DNA of 64,000 nt, taken from assembly GCA_963665755.1 (NCBI GenBank), contig OY762445.1, forward strand, positions 619,007-683,006, in the 5' to 3' direction. Below are positions 38,552 to 47,171 of the stretch, piece after piece (positions within the stretch are counted from its first letter, which is position 1; each line of letters starts with the position of its first letter). The notes beneath the pieces are model-generated. The model saw nothing but the letters and a program-made list of their open reading frames with translations, was not told the DNA's origin and made no database searches. A program made the position numbers and the translations under genes. Source of the DNA: a bacterium. Lineage in GTDB: Bacteria > JAAXHH01.

Positions 38552-39990
38552 CCATGTCCCGATCGCTTCACATACATCTTGTGGCCATCTGCGGTACGGG
38601 GATGGGCGCGCTCGCGGTAATGCTCAAATCCCTGGGTCACCGGGTTACCGGAAGTGACGAGCACGTTTATCCCCCCATGAGTACAGTGCTTTCGGAGCAG
38701 CGGATAACTGTATTCAGTGGTTACGCCGCATCCAACCTGGATCCGCCACCGGACCTCGTGGTCATCGGCAACGCGGTTTCCCGGGGCAATCCCGAGGCCG
38801 AAGCGGTGCTCGAAAGGAAGATCCGGTATGCGTCCATGCCGGAGACACTCAAGACATTCTTTCTATGGGACCGCAAACCGGTCGTGGTGGCGGGGACACA
38901 CGGCAAGACGACTACGACGGCGATGCTCGCATGGGTACTCACCGAAGCCGGTCTGGACCCGAGCTACATCGTCGGTGGCGTTCCCATCGGCTGGCAGACC
39001 GGCGCGCGGCTGGGGTCGGGCGAGCTGTTCATCCTGGAAGGCGATGAATACGACAGCGCTTTCTTCGACAAACGGGCGAAGTTCCTTCATTACCTGCCCG
39101 ACACGGTGATCATAAACAACATCGAGTTCGATCACGCGGACATTTACGATTCGCTCGATGAGATCGAGCTTGCCTTCAGAAGGCTGGTCAACATCATACC
39201 GGAAAACGGCCTGTTGATCGGCCCGGCGGACGACGCCCGCGTCCGGGCGCTCGCTTCACGCGCATTCTGCCCGGTCCATACCCTGGGCGCGTCACCGGAC
39301 GCACGGTGGTCCGCGCGCGACGTTTCCTGCGATCCCGGCGGCACGTCCTTCGACCTGTATGAACTGGGTGAACACCGCGCCCGTCTCATGATCGGTCAAC
39401 TCGGAATGCACAATGTCAGGAACACCCTGTCGGTCGTGGCAGTTGCGCGCCGTTACGGGATTTCCTGGCCGGATCTGGCACGGAGCCTGAGGTCCTTTCC
39501 CGGTGTGAAGCGGCGTCTCGAAGTGCGGGGCGAAGTGAATGGTATCGCGGTCTACGACGATTTCGCCCACCACCCCACGGCCGTCACGGCGACGCTGGAG
39601 GCACTCAGGACAGCCTCACCCGGCAGGCGCATCTTGGCCGTGTTCGAACCTCGTTCCGCCACGACCATTCGCCGGGAATTCCAGGAGGCCTATTCCACGG
39701 CGTTCGACCATGCGGACCGCGTGCTGATCGCGCCGGTCTACCTGCCCGAGAAAGCGCCCGAAGGAAACCGGTTTTCGGTGAATGAACTGGTAGAAGGACT
39801 GCGTGATCGCGGCGTGGAAGCCGGCGCCCCGGGAAACGCGGACCGGATTGCCTCGCAACTGGTCGAAGGAGCCGTTCCGGGGGACCGGATCGTGTTCATG
39901 AGCAATGGGGGATTCGGCGGTATCCTCGACAAGACGTTGACCGCGCTGGAGAAAAAGCACGCGGTGGAAACGTACCGGAAACAGGACTAG
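38548..39990 (+). CDS. mpl: UDP-N-acetylmuramate:L-alanyl-gamma-D-glutamyl-meso-diaminopimelate ligase
   Basis: HIHLVAICGTGMGALAVMLKSLGHRVTGSD, VVAGTHGKTTTTAML and EGDEYDSAFFDK are Mur-ligase/Mpl hallmarks. The start GTG overlaps the TPR stop (GTGA). Confidence 0.85.
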   Translation: MTMSRSLHIHLVAICGTGMGALAVMLKSLGHRVTGSDEHVYPPMSTVLSEQRITVFSGYAASNLDPPPDLVVIGNAVSRGNPEAEAVLERKIRYASMPETLKTFFLWDRKPVVVAGTHGKTTTTAMLAWVLTEAGLDPSYIVGGVPIGWQTGARLGSGELFILEGDEYDSAFFDKRAKFLHYLPDTVIINNIEFDHADIYDSLDEIELAFRRLVNIIPENGLLIGPADDARVRALASRAFCPVHTLGASPDARWSARDVSCDPGGTSFDLYELGEHRARLMIGQLGMHNVRNTLSVVAVARRYGISWPDLARSLRSFPGVKRRLEVRGEVNGIAVYDDFAHHPTAVTATLEALRTASPGRRILAVFEPRSATTIRREFQEAYSTAFDHADRVLIAPVYLPEKAPEGNRFSVNELVEGLRDRGVEAGAPGNADRIASQLVEGAVPGDRIVFMSNGGFGGILDKTLTALEKKHAVETYRKQD

Positions 39991-40967
39991 GCGTACCGAG
40001 CGTACACCTCGACGTCCATTGCTTGGCCGGCCGACCTGAACTGCTTCCGCAGCGTTGCTTCATGGATGAAGCCCGCGTCCTGCAGTGCAGCGCTCTTCAG
40101 GGCGTTGTCCGGTTCGACGTGGCATATTGCCTTGCGTCCGGTCGGAAGAGCAAATGAATCGAGCAGTGGCTTCAGTTGTGCCGTAAAGGCGGAATGAACG
40201 GTCAGATCGAGGAGAAAGGTCTCGCCGCGCCAGCGGGTATCGGGCGCCAGGGTCGCGTAACCCGTAACCGCTCCGCGCTCCGTGACCAGCAGCCGGACCT
40301 GGACATCATCCGCTTCCCGTGTTTGCTTCATCAGCCCCAGGTAGGCCCCTTCGAACATGCGCGGTCCGATATGTCCCAGTCCGACGTTGCGCAGGGAAGG
40401 CGGACCGGACTGTGCGCAGAACACGTTAAGCGAAGGCCAGTTCTTCCAGTCCCCAGCGACCACGCAAGCCCTGCCTCCGCGGAAATGTTCCCTCTCGTAC
40501 GCCGCGTGCCCCATGTACTTCATGTGACCCGATTCCGGCACGACGCTTCGGAAGCCGAATCCGTGGTAGAGGTAAAAGGGATGGGTGTCGTAGCCGGTGG
40601 ACAGCGTCAGGTACCGGCCGTCTCGGGCCTGGAAATCGGCCATCTGCTCGGTCATGACGAGTCGCGCTACGCCTTTGCGGCGGTGTTCAGGCGCGGTGTA
40701 CACGTGGCTCAGGATGCCGATTCCGTCGTGTTCGCTGACCATGATGTTGCAGACCGCCCTATCGTTCAGGCTACCGAGGTAGAACCGCGTTTCGAGGGGG
40801 CTGACCCGCCCGGCGAATACCTCATCGAGATGCCATTGCGCGTTGCTGGACTTGTGCGCCAGGATCGGCCGGACCTGGGGCGCATACTCGTTGTCCGGCG
40901 CCAGGACGACGCCGATCTCGAGCGTTTCACCCGTGCGGATCGTACTGGCGGCGATCGGCGTATACAT
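39987..40967 (-). CDS. GNAT-family N-acetyltransferase (two-lobed)
   Basis: The acetyl-CoA-binding motif is HVYTAPEHRRKGVARLVM. A second, degenerate GNAT-like half follows. It shares a CTAG stop overlap with convergent mpl. Confidence 0.65.
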   Translation of the reverse strand: MYTPIAASTIRTGETLEIGVVLAPDNEYAPQVRPILAHKSSNAQWHLDEVFAGRVSPLETRFYLGSLNDRAVCNIMVSEHDGIGILSHVYTAPEHRRKGVARLVMTEQMADFQARDGRYLTLSTGYDTHPFYLYHGFGFRSVVPESGHMKYMGHAAYEREHFRGGRACVVAGDWKNWPSLNVFCAQSGPPSLRNVGLGHIGPRMFEGAYLGLMKQTREADDVQVRLLVTERGAVTGYATLAPDTRWRGETFLLDLTVHSAFTAQLKPLLDSFALPTGRKAICHVEPDNALKSAALQDAGFIHEATLRKQFRSAGQAMDVEVYARYA

Positions 40968-41022
40968 AAACGTTGGAGTATGATCAGAGTTGGGGGATGA
41001 ATTGAGATCGGGGACGGTGCTT

Positions 41023-41151
41023 CTAATTCTGCCGGATGCGGCCGAGAACGACGCCGACTGCCATGCCGCTCAACGCCACCTGAACTGTATCGATGACGAC
41101 CTTGATCACGGTACCTGCGACCGTAGCGACCAGGAAACGGGTTAGACTCAT
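41023..41151 (-). CDS. possible 42-aa hydrophobic small protein (below the ORF-track cutoff)
   Basis: My translation is MSLTRFLVATVAGTVIKVVIDTVQVALSGMAVGVVLGRIRQN. GGAG lies 6 nt upstream of the ATG, third codon positions are mostly G/C, and it lies between two same-strand genes. No homology evidence. Confidence 0.3.
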   Translation of the reverse strand: MSLTRFLVATVAGTVIKVVIDTVQVALSGMAVGVVLGRIRQN

Positions 41152-41199
41152 ATTGGCTCCGGGAACGGTTTTCTACTCAGCCTTAAACCCATCGGGATC

Positions 41200-42585
41200 C
41201 TAACCCGCCGCGAGACCAGCTATCCTGTCGATGAGTATATCCACCTGTTCGGCCGTATCCATGACGTGCAGCGTGGCGCGAACCCCGCTGAATCCACCTG
41301 CGGCGCCGACCGTCCGGATATAGATGTTCGGGTTCCGGTACCACAACCGCCCGACGATATCTGAAGGATTCAGGTCCTTGACCGAAAAGGAAACGAGCGC
41401 CATGGACATGCGGGGATCGTCCGACGAATAGACGGTGACCCCGTCGATCTCCTTCAATCCTCTTCTCAGCCGCAGGGACAGGTAACGGAGCCGGGCTTCG
41501 ATGGCTTCCGGGTTAAGTTTGTTGTGGAAATCCAGCGCCGCGCCGATCGAGATGCGGTCCGAGTAGCTCGTGGAGCCTCTCTGCTCTAGTTTACGCGCAC
41601 CCTCGATGGCCCGGTCCGGATCGGGTGATCCGGTGTATACAAGCGGCCTTATCCGGTCTGCCGCATCGTTCCGGAGGAACAGGAACCCGGTATGCTGGGC
41701 GGCCAGCATATACTTGTGGCCCGGGCCCGCGTACATGTCACACCCGAGATCCTGCATGTCCAACTTCATCATCCCGGGCGGCTGGGCCCCGTCGATCAGC
41801 GTTATGATGCCCTTCGCCCTTGCCATCTCGCATATTTCCTTCACCGGCATGATGAAACCGTCGGTGTAGTTGATATGGCAGATGGTGAGGAACCGGGTCT
41901 TCGACGTAATGCCCGATTCCACCACGTCTATGACTTTCTGCGGGTCCTCGAGCACGCGGAAACTGGGATCCGAGATGTCCACCATCTTGAATTCCAGGCC
42001 GTCTCGCTTCGCGCGAAAGGCCATCATGTTCTTCACCCACCCGTAGTCATAGTTGGTCGTCAGAATCTCATCGCCCCGTTTCAGATCCAGCCCCATGAAT
42101 CCGAGTCCCATGCCATCGGTAGTGCTGTTTGTGAAGGCGATTTCCTCGACATCCGCTCCCACGAAACCGGCCATGTCCTTCCGAATCTGGTCCATACCGC
42201 TGAAAAAGTAGGTCGACCAGCACATGGCAGGATCGGAATTGACCGCTTCCACGGCATCGATCTGCGCCTTGTGGACGCTCAGGGGCGAAATGCCCCGTGT
42301 GCCGGAATTCATGTATATCACGCCGTCGCCAAGCAGGAACTGGGCCGCCACCTTCTCCCAATATGCCTCGTCATCGGGTGCGGCGCCGCCATCCGGCGTG
42401 TCGGGCAGATCGGGCAGCGGTGCCGCTTCGGCTTCCTGAACCGGGGACAGCAGGGTCGACGCGCCGGCCACCCCGGCCGCGCCGGCCATCACACTGCCGA
42501 TGAATCCGCGGCGGGACAGACCTAGCAGCTTATCAGGGTCCTGAATTCGGGGATCGAAGTGCAATGTTCCTTCGTTGTCAGACAT
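41200..42585 (-). CDS. class V PLP-dependent aminotransferase-fold enzyme with a twin-arginine (Tat) signal peptide
   Basis: The N-terminal Tat motif is LSRRGFIGSVMAGAAGVAGASTLL...AEA. The PLP-lysine context is GPGHKYMLAAQHTGFLF. Confidence 0.75.
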   Translation of the reverse strand: MSDNEGTLHFDPRIQDPDKLLGLSRRGFIGSVMAGAAGVAGASTLLSPVQEAEAAPLPDLPDTPDGGAAPDDEAYWEKVAAQFLLGDGVIYMNSGTRGISPLSVHKAQIDAVEAVNSDPAMCWSTYFFSGMDQIRKDMAGFVGADVEEIAFTNSTTDGMGLGFMGLDLKRGDEILTTNYDYGWVKNMMAFRAKRDGLEFKMVDISDPSFRVLEDPQKVIDVVESGITSKTRFLTICHINYTDGFIMPVKEICEMARAKGIITLIDGAQPPGMMKLDMQDLGCDMYAGPGHKYMLAAQHTGFLFLRNDAADRIRPLVYTGSPDPDRAIEGARKLEQRGSTSYSDRISIGAALDFHNKLNPEAIEARLRYLSLRLRRGLKEIDGVTVYSSDDPRMSMALVSFSVKDLNPSDIVGRLWYRNPNIYIRTVGAAGGFSGVRATLHVMDTAEQVDILIDRIAGLAAG

Positions 42586-42716
42586 GGCTTTATTCTCCGT
42601 TAGGTCGGGAATCCGTAAGTTATTCGACAGGAATCAGGCAGGTATGAATATGAAGTATAAACGAGGCCGAGATGGTGTACAAGAACATAAAGAAGGAAAC
42701 GGCCGGTCCACCAATT

Positions 42717-44045
42717 TCATTTGGCGTCGGTCAACATTGACTGAATCTTTGGGTGCAAGTGACTTACTAAACGGTTTAGCCGTGTTCTCATCCAATCAAC
42801 CGACTCACGATAGGTTTCACTCTCACCATCTCCAGCGAGGAACGAAATATCAACGGCCTTACTGAATCCGATTCGCGGTCTACCAACCGGATTAATCCAC
42901 TCCTCCAGGTCCTCGCCAATATCATCGCGTAGATCATTGAATGAAGCTGAAAGAGATTCGTAAATCCGTAATTCTCTTGCCTGGCCTTTTCTGACCGCAA
43001 GATAGCAGCCCATAAGTTGTTGGCTACGATTAATGAATGCTCCGAAGAACATCGCCCAGCCATTAAATGACGTATTGGATATCTGCACATAAAGTGTGGA
43101 GTCTTTGCACGGATCGGGCCATAAAGCAGATCGTTTATCAATCAATGGATCCCAAAAGGTAAGGCCATCAATCACCGTCTTCCAGAATCGCTGATTCTCC
43201 AGTTCCAAAACCGTTGGCTCTTTCTTCTTCACGGTATTGTCTGTGTTTCCATTATCAACAGAGATAACTGATCCAAGAGTTCCTTCGATAACGAAACGCT
43301 GAACGATTTCTGTCCGAGCAAGTATGCGTGGATGTACGATAAGTCGATTGTCCTTATCCTGATACAATGCTGCTTCCACCAATGCTAAATTGAACTGCAA
43401 CCCGCTGTGACGCTGCACAAATGCGACAATGTTCTCCACACCTTCTTGTATGCCATCGCCGATTATTAACAACAGGATCTCACCGCGTCTGAGGTTACGA
43501 TTTACGTTATCCACAAACTCCTTTTCATCTAGGTCGTGATATTGTTGCTGTACCATTTTGAAAACAACGTTTCCGGTCTCGTCAGATCTCAGTGAAACCT
43601 CACGTTGAAGATCCTCATAACTCCACGATGTTATGTCTTTAGCGTAGTCGAGAATCTGCCCGATAACCTCACGTCGCGCCTCTGGGTTGCGCCACAACTT
43701 GAACTCGACAAGCACAATTCGTCCTAGCGGGTTAACGAACAAGGCATCTATGTAACCGGACTGTGTTTTTAGTTCTCGACAGATCGGGACAATACCATCG
43801 TAGGCCGGATCTATTGTCGATATGGGAAGTGATTGGCTGGCGAGACGCCGGCTGTAGATCGGCCGGACGCGATCATCTATTGTCGATATGGGAAGTGATT
43901 GGGGGTAGCGAAACAGGAGGGCTTGCAGAAATTCCTCATTATACCTCCTACCTCCCTCGGAACGACCAGAACTTAATGGTAAACGTGTCAGGATCTCTGC
44001 CTCCGAACTATCCGTTGTATTAACTCTAATCAGATTTTCTGTCAT
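42717..44045 (-). CDS. orphan PD-(D/E)xK nuclease-like protein (NucS/DUF91-like core) with a C-terminal domain of unknown function (possibly DUF4268-like)
   Basis: 442 aa in a low-GC islet. GYIDALFVNPLGRIVLVEFKLWRN fits the D...(D/E)xK motif, followed by QILDY. The C-terminal ~150 aa could not be assigned without an HMM search. Confidence 0.5.
   Translation of the reverse strand: MTENLIRVNTTDSSEAEILTRLPLSSGRSEGGRRYNEEFLQALLFRYPQSLPISTIDDRVRPIYSRRLASQSLPISTIDPAYDGIVPICRELKTQSGYIDALFVNPLGRIVLVEFKLWRNPEARREVIGQILDYAKDITSWSYEDLQREVSLRSDETGNVVFKMVQQQYHDLDEKEFVDNVNRNLRRGEILLLIIGDGIQEGVENIVAFVQRHSGLQFNLALVEAALYQDKDNRLIVHPRILARTEIVQRFVIEGTLGSVISVDNGNTDNTVKKKEPTVLELENQRFWKTVIDGLTFWDPLIDKRSALWPDPCKDSTLYVQISNTSFNGWAMFFGAFINRSQQLMGCYLAVRKGQARELRIYESLSASFNDLRDDIGEDLEEWINPVGRPRIGFSKAVDISFLAGDGESETYRESVDWMRTRLNRLVSHLHPKIQSMLTDAK
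43809..43902. repeat. 28-bp perfect direct repeat (ATCTATTGTCGATATGGGAAGTGATTGG) flanking a 38-bp GC-rich spacer, in frame inside the nuclease-like gene
   Basis: Copies at 43809-43836 and 43875-43902 are identical. The spacer 43837-43874 has 27 G/C of 38 nt, against about 40-43% GC in the surrounding gene. At the protein level this duplicates QSLPISTID. Confidence 0.9.
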
Positions 44046-44142
44046 TCCGTGTCCTCCTCTCCTGTAGAGAGTCTGTATCTAACGTCAAAACCTATATGAT
44101 CTCATTATTGTTGATCAGGACGGGCTGGACTACATGGGACCA

Positions 44143-45153
44143 TCACTCATGCTTGCCCAGATAATCTCTCAAGCGCTTGCATTCATTTGCAGCAGCCGGA
44201 TCCAGTTCGATCAGGCGCAGCCGGCTGCGGACGACGTACAGGGTCGCCTCGTCCGGCGTGTCTTCACTTTCGATGATTTCCCGTACCCTGGCATGGAAAA
44301 AGCGGCCCCAGTCCGGCTGGCGACCGTCCAGATCGGCAAATCCATACTCTTTCGCGAGCGACCAGCTCGCGTAGAGTCCGCCAGTCTTCGACGCGACGTT
44401 CGGATCGGCTGCCAGGGCCGCCACGCCCCTTCCCATGTAACAGGGCGTCTCCGACTCCGCGAAGAAAGGATCCTGTTCGATACCCTCCCGCCAGTTTTCT
44501 TCCGTGACCCCGAAACCGTCCAACATCGCTTCGGAACGCAGGAATCCCGGAGTGACGGTCAGCGCGGTGATTCGGTGCGCGTGGAGGTCGGTAGCCATCG
44601 CGTAACCCAGCCGGATCGTCGCGTTTTTCGCGAAGTCGTAGAACAGGTTCCCCCGATAGCCCATCGTGTCGCCGTCCGTGACTTCCACGATCAGCCCGGA
44701 GTTCTGCTCGATCATGATCGGCACACCGTGCCTGCTGGTGATGATATGGCTGTGTACCGCCCCTTCAATCATCCTGAACCCCTGGGCTGTATCGAGTTCC
44801 CAGAAAGGCGAACCCCATTCGATCATTTCATCGCCGCCCCATATGTCGTTGACGAGGATGTCAAGCCGTCCCTGATCGCTCCTGACGCGCGCGAACAATC
44901 GCTCCACCTCGGCTTCGATGGTATGGTCCGTCCGCACGGCGATGCCGCGGCCGCCTTCGGCCGTGACCATTTCTGCGGTCTCCTCGATGGTTTCGGGCCG
45001 GCCCGGCGTGGCCGGGCGTCCTTTCACGCTCCGTCCGGTGCAATAGACCGTGGCGCCGGCCGCACCGAGCATTCGGGCGATTCCCCGGCCGGTTCCCCGG
45101 GTGGCTCCCGTCACGACAGCCACGCGATCCTGCAGTGATCCGCGATCCATCAT
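44143..45153 (-). CDS. short-chain dehydrogenase/reductase (SDR) family oxidoreductase
   Basis: The cofactor motif VAVVTGATRGTGRGIA is present, with an SDR-like core and an extended C-terminus. Confidence 0.8.
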   Translation of the reverse strand: MMDRGSLQDRVAVVTGATRGTGRGIARMLGAAGATVYCTGRSVKGRPATPGRPETIEETAEMVTAEGGRGIAVRTDHTIEAEVERLFARVRSDQGRLDILVNDIWGGDEMIEWGSPFWELDTAQGFRMIEGAVHSHIITSRHGVPIMIEQNSGLIVEVTDGDTMGYRGNLFYDFAKNATIRLGYAMATDLHAHRITALTVTPGFLRSEAMLDGFGVTEENWREGIEQDPFFAESETPCYMGRGVAALAADPNVASKTGGLYASWSLAKEYGFADLDGRQPDWGRFFHARVREIIESEDTPDEATLYVVRSRLRLIELDPAAANECKRLRDYLGKHE

Positions 45154-45436
45154 GTTTTCCGGAATAGAGGTGTGCTTCCAAATCTTTGCTGGTTAAGAAG
45201 ACGATCCAATGTACCTGCCACGATGCCCGATGTCAAAGTGATAGGGGGGCATCAGGATAGCAGTTGTTTCACTGGTCATGTCTCATTATGGTAAGGGAAC
45301 CGCGATGGTATGGGAACCGCGCAATCAGCGGGGTCCGGCGGCGACACAGAAACGGGTGATCCGCGGCAGACTTCCGAATGCGGTTTCCTGATCATATGAT
45401 CCTCCACGGTTTGCGATTTCCAATTTCGAGGCACAC

Positions 45437-46423
45437 ATGGCCATCATTCCTGTCGATTACTCAAATCCTCGCTACGACGCGACATCCCTGCACCGTTTTA
45501 CCGTAGAAGCGTTTCAGAAGGTCGGTTTGTCGCACGCCCACGCATCGGAAATGGCCGATTACCTGACCGCAACGGATCTGCGCGGCGTGCTCAGCCATGG
45601 GACACGGCAGCTTCCCGGCTACGTGAGGTCCTTCCAGTCACGCAGCTGCAACGCCACGCCGAACATCCGGATCCACCGCGAAGCCGGAGCGGTGGTGCAG
45701 TGGGACGGTGACGGCGGCATGGGACACCTGGTTTCCGCCCGCGCGATTCGCTCGGCGGTCTCACGGGCAAGGTCAACGGGGATCTGCCTGGTCACGGCGA
45801 CGCACTGCGGCCACACCGGTTCCGTCGGGAACTGGACGCGCATCGCAGCGGGGTTGGGCATGATCTGCCTGTACTACAGCACGCCCATGAGTCCGCTTCC
45901 CTTCGACCGGCCCCAGCCCGTCGTTGAAGCGTTGAATAACCCTCCGGTCAGCTTCGGATTCCCTGCCGCGGAGGGCGAACCGCCCGTGCTGATCGATATG
46001 GGTACGCACCTGGAACTTCCCGATGTTCAGGAGAAGATTGCGGAGATAAGCGTGCTGCCGCTGATTAAGGGGCTGGCCTACCAGGTCACGTCCGTAATGT
46101 TGACCTGGCCCGTGGACGCGCAATCTCCCATTGAACGTAGCTATCCGGGGGCCACCAGCAGTCTCACCGCTGTCGTCCTGGACCCTGCCTCCATCGGCGA
46201 GCCATCCGATTACACGCGAACGGTCACGGAATTGCGGGCGAACATCCATGCCATGCGACCCCTGCCAGGCCTGGACCGTTCATCGTTGCCAGGTGAAATC
46301 GAAGCGGAGCGAGAGGCCGATTTCAGTCGGAACGGGATACCCTTGGACGATCCCCACATCCTGTCGCTGCGGAAACTGGGCGATGAACTGGATGTACCGT
46401 GCTACTGGGAGGCCGGCGGATGA
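45437..46423 (+). CDS. Ldh_2-family (malate/L-lactate/sulfolactate dehydrogenase type 2) oxidoreductase
   Basis: ATDLRGVLSHGTRQLPGYV and THCGHTGSVGNW motifs are characteristic of the Ldh_2 family. Confidence 0.75.
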   Translation: MAIIPVDYSNPRYDATSLHRFTVEAFQKVGLSHAHASEMADYLTATDLRGVLSHGTRQLPGYVRSFQSRSCNATPNIRIHREAGAVVQWDGDGGMGHLVSARAIRSAVSRARSTGICLVTATHCGHTGSVGNWTRIAAGLGMICLYYSTPMSPLPFDRPQPVVEALNNPPVSFGFPAAEGEPPVLIDMGTHLELPDVQEKIAEISVLPLIKGLAYQVTSVMLTWPVDAQSPIERSYPGATSSLTAVVLDPASIGEPSDYTRTVTELRANIHAMRPLPGLDRSSLPGEIEAEREADFSRNGIPLDDPHILSLRKLGDELDVPCYWEAGG

Positions 46424-47043
46424 AGGAAGTAAAAGAGGAAGAGGCGGGGCGGGCTCATCGCGACCAGCTCCAATGGGCACTGGGTCATTACCTGGCGCGT
46501 TTTCCCGTTGAAGGCGATACGGTAGCCCGGATCCGTTCCCTCGTGGCCGGACATCCCGACTGCTTCGAAAGGACGTGCCTGCCGGGTCACATCACCGGCT
46601 CGGCCTGGATTGTTTCTCCCGACTGTTCAAAATACCTGATGACCCGCCACCGGATTTTCGACCGATGGCTGCAGTTGGGCGGCCATTCCGACGGTTGTAC
46701 TCAACCTCACCTCGTCGCCCTGCGGGAAGCCGAAGAAGAGTCCGGGCTGACGGGTTTCGGCCTGTACCGCGAGCCGGAAGGTTTCGTTCCACTGGACGTG
46801 GATATCCACGCCATCGCCGCCCGGGCCGGCGTACCGGCCCATTCGCATTACGACCTCCGCTATCTGCTGATGGCATCCGTCGAAAAACCCTTGAAGATAA
46901 GCGATGAATCCCATGACCTCGGGTGGTTTGAAAAGAACGAACTGATAGAAATGATCCACGAAGAAAGCGTGCTTCGCATGCTGCGCAAAGGGGACGCCGC
47001 CCTGAAACGACACAGTGGAAATTTCGTATACGGTTTCTCCTGA
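46420..47043 (+). CDS. NUDIX hydrolase
   Basis: The Nudix box is GGHSDGCTQPHLVALREAEEESGL. ATG 46420 overlaps the upstream stop (ATGA), suggesting translational coupling. Confidence 0.8.
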   Translation: MKEVKEEEAGRAHRDQLQWALGHYLARFPVEGDTVARIRSLVAGHPDCFERTCLPGHITGSAWIVSPDCSKYLMTRHRIFDRWLQLGGHSDGCTQPHLVALREAEEESGLTGFGLYREPEGFVPLDVDIHAIAARAGVPAHSHYDLRYLLMASVEKPLKISDESHDLGWFEKNELIEMIHEESVLRMLRKGDAALKRHSGNFVYGFS

Positions 47044-47171
47044 CGATGCGCTTGCACGACGCCGGCGGGACGTGTATATTCTTCCCGGACTTTCAAACGA
47101 CATATCTCTGACATTTCCGCCTTGTTCGATCAGCCAAAGGTGGCGGCCAAAACCGAAAGAGGTGCCGTACT

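Noticed and set aside
39987-39990. The convergent mpl and GNAT genes sharing a palindromic CTAG so that both stop codons overlap.
   Set aside because: This is real in the sequence but a common compaction feature. No hairpin or other signal is associated with it.
43809-43902. The 28-bp repeat, 38-bp spacer, 28-bp repeat read as a CRISPR mini-array.
   Set aside because: There are only two repeats and no cas genes or leader. The unit lies in frame inside an ORF, and the repeat has no typical CRISPR repeat termini. I kept it as an unexplained repeat or insertion instead.
45154-45436. A riboswitch or operator in the 283-bp gap upstream of the Ldh_2 gene: a GGGAACCGCG direct repeat near 45295-45330 and the 12-bp palindrome GATCATATGATC at 45390-45401.
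   Set aside because: I found no match to the riboswitch cores I can recall (cobalamin, TPP, SAM, glycine). Perfect 6+6 palindromes are expected about a dozen times by chance in 64 kb, and no regulator gene is adjacent.
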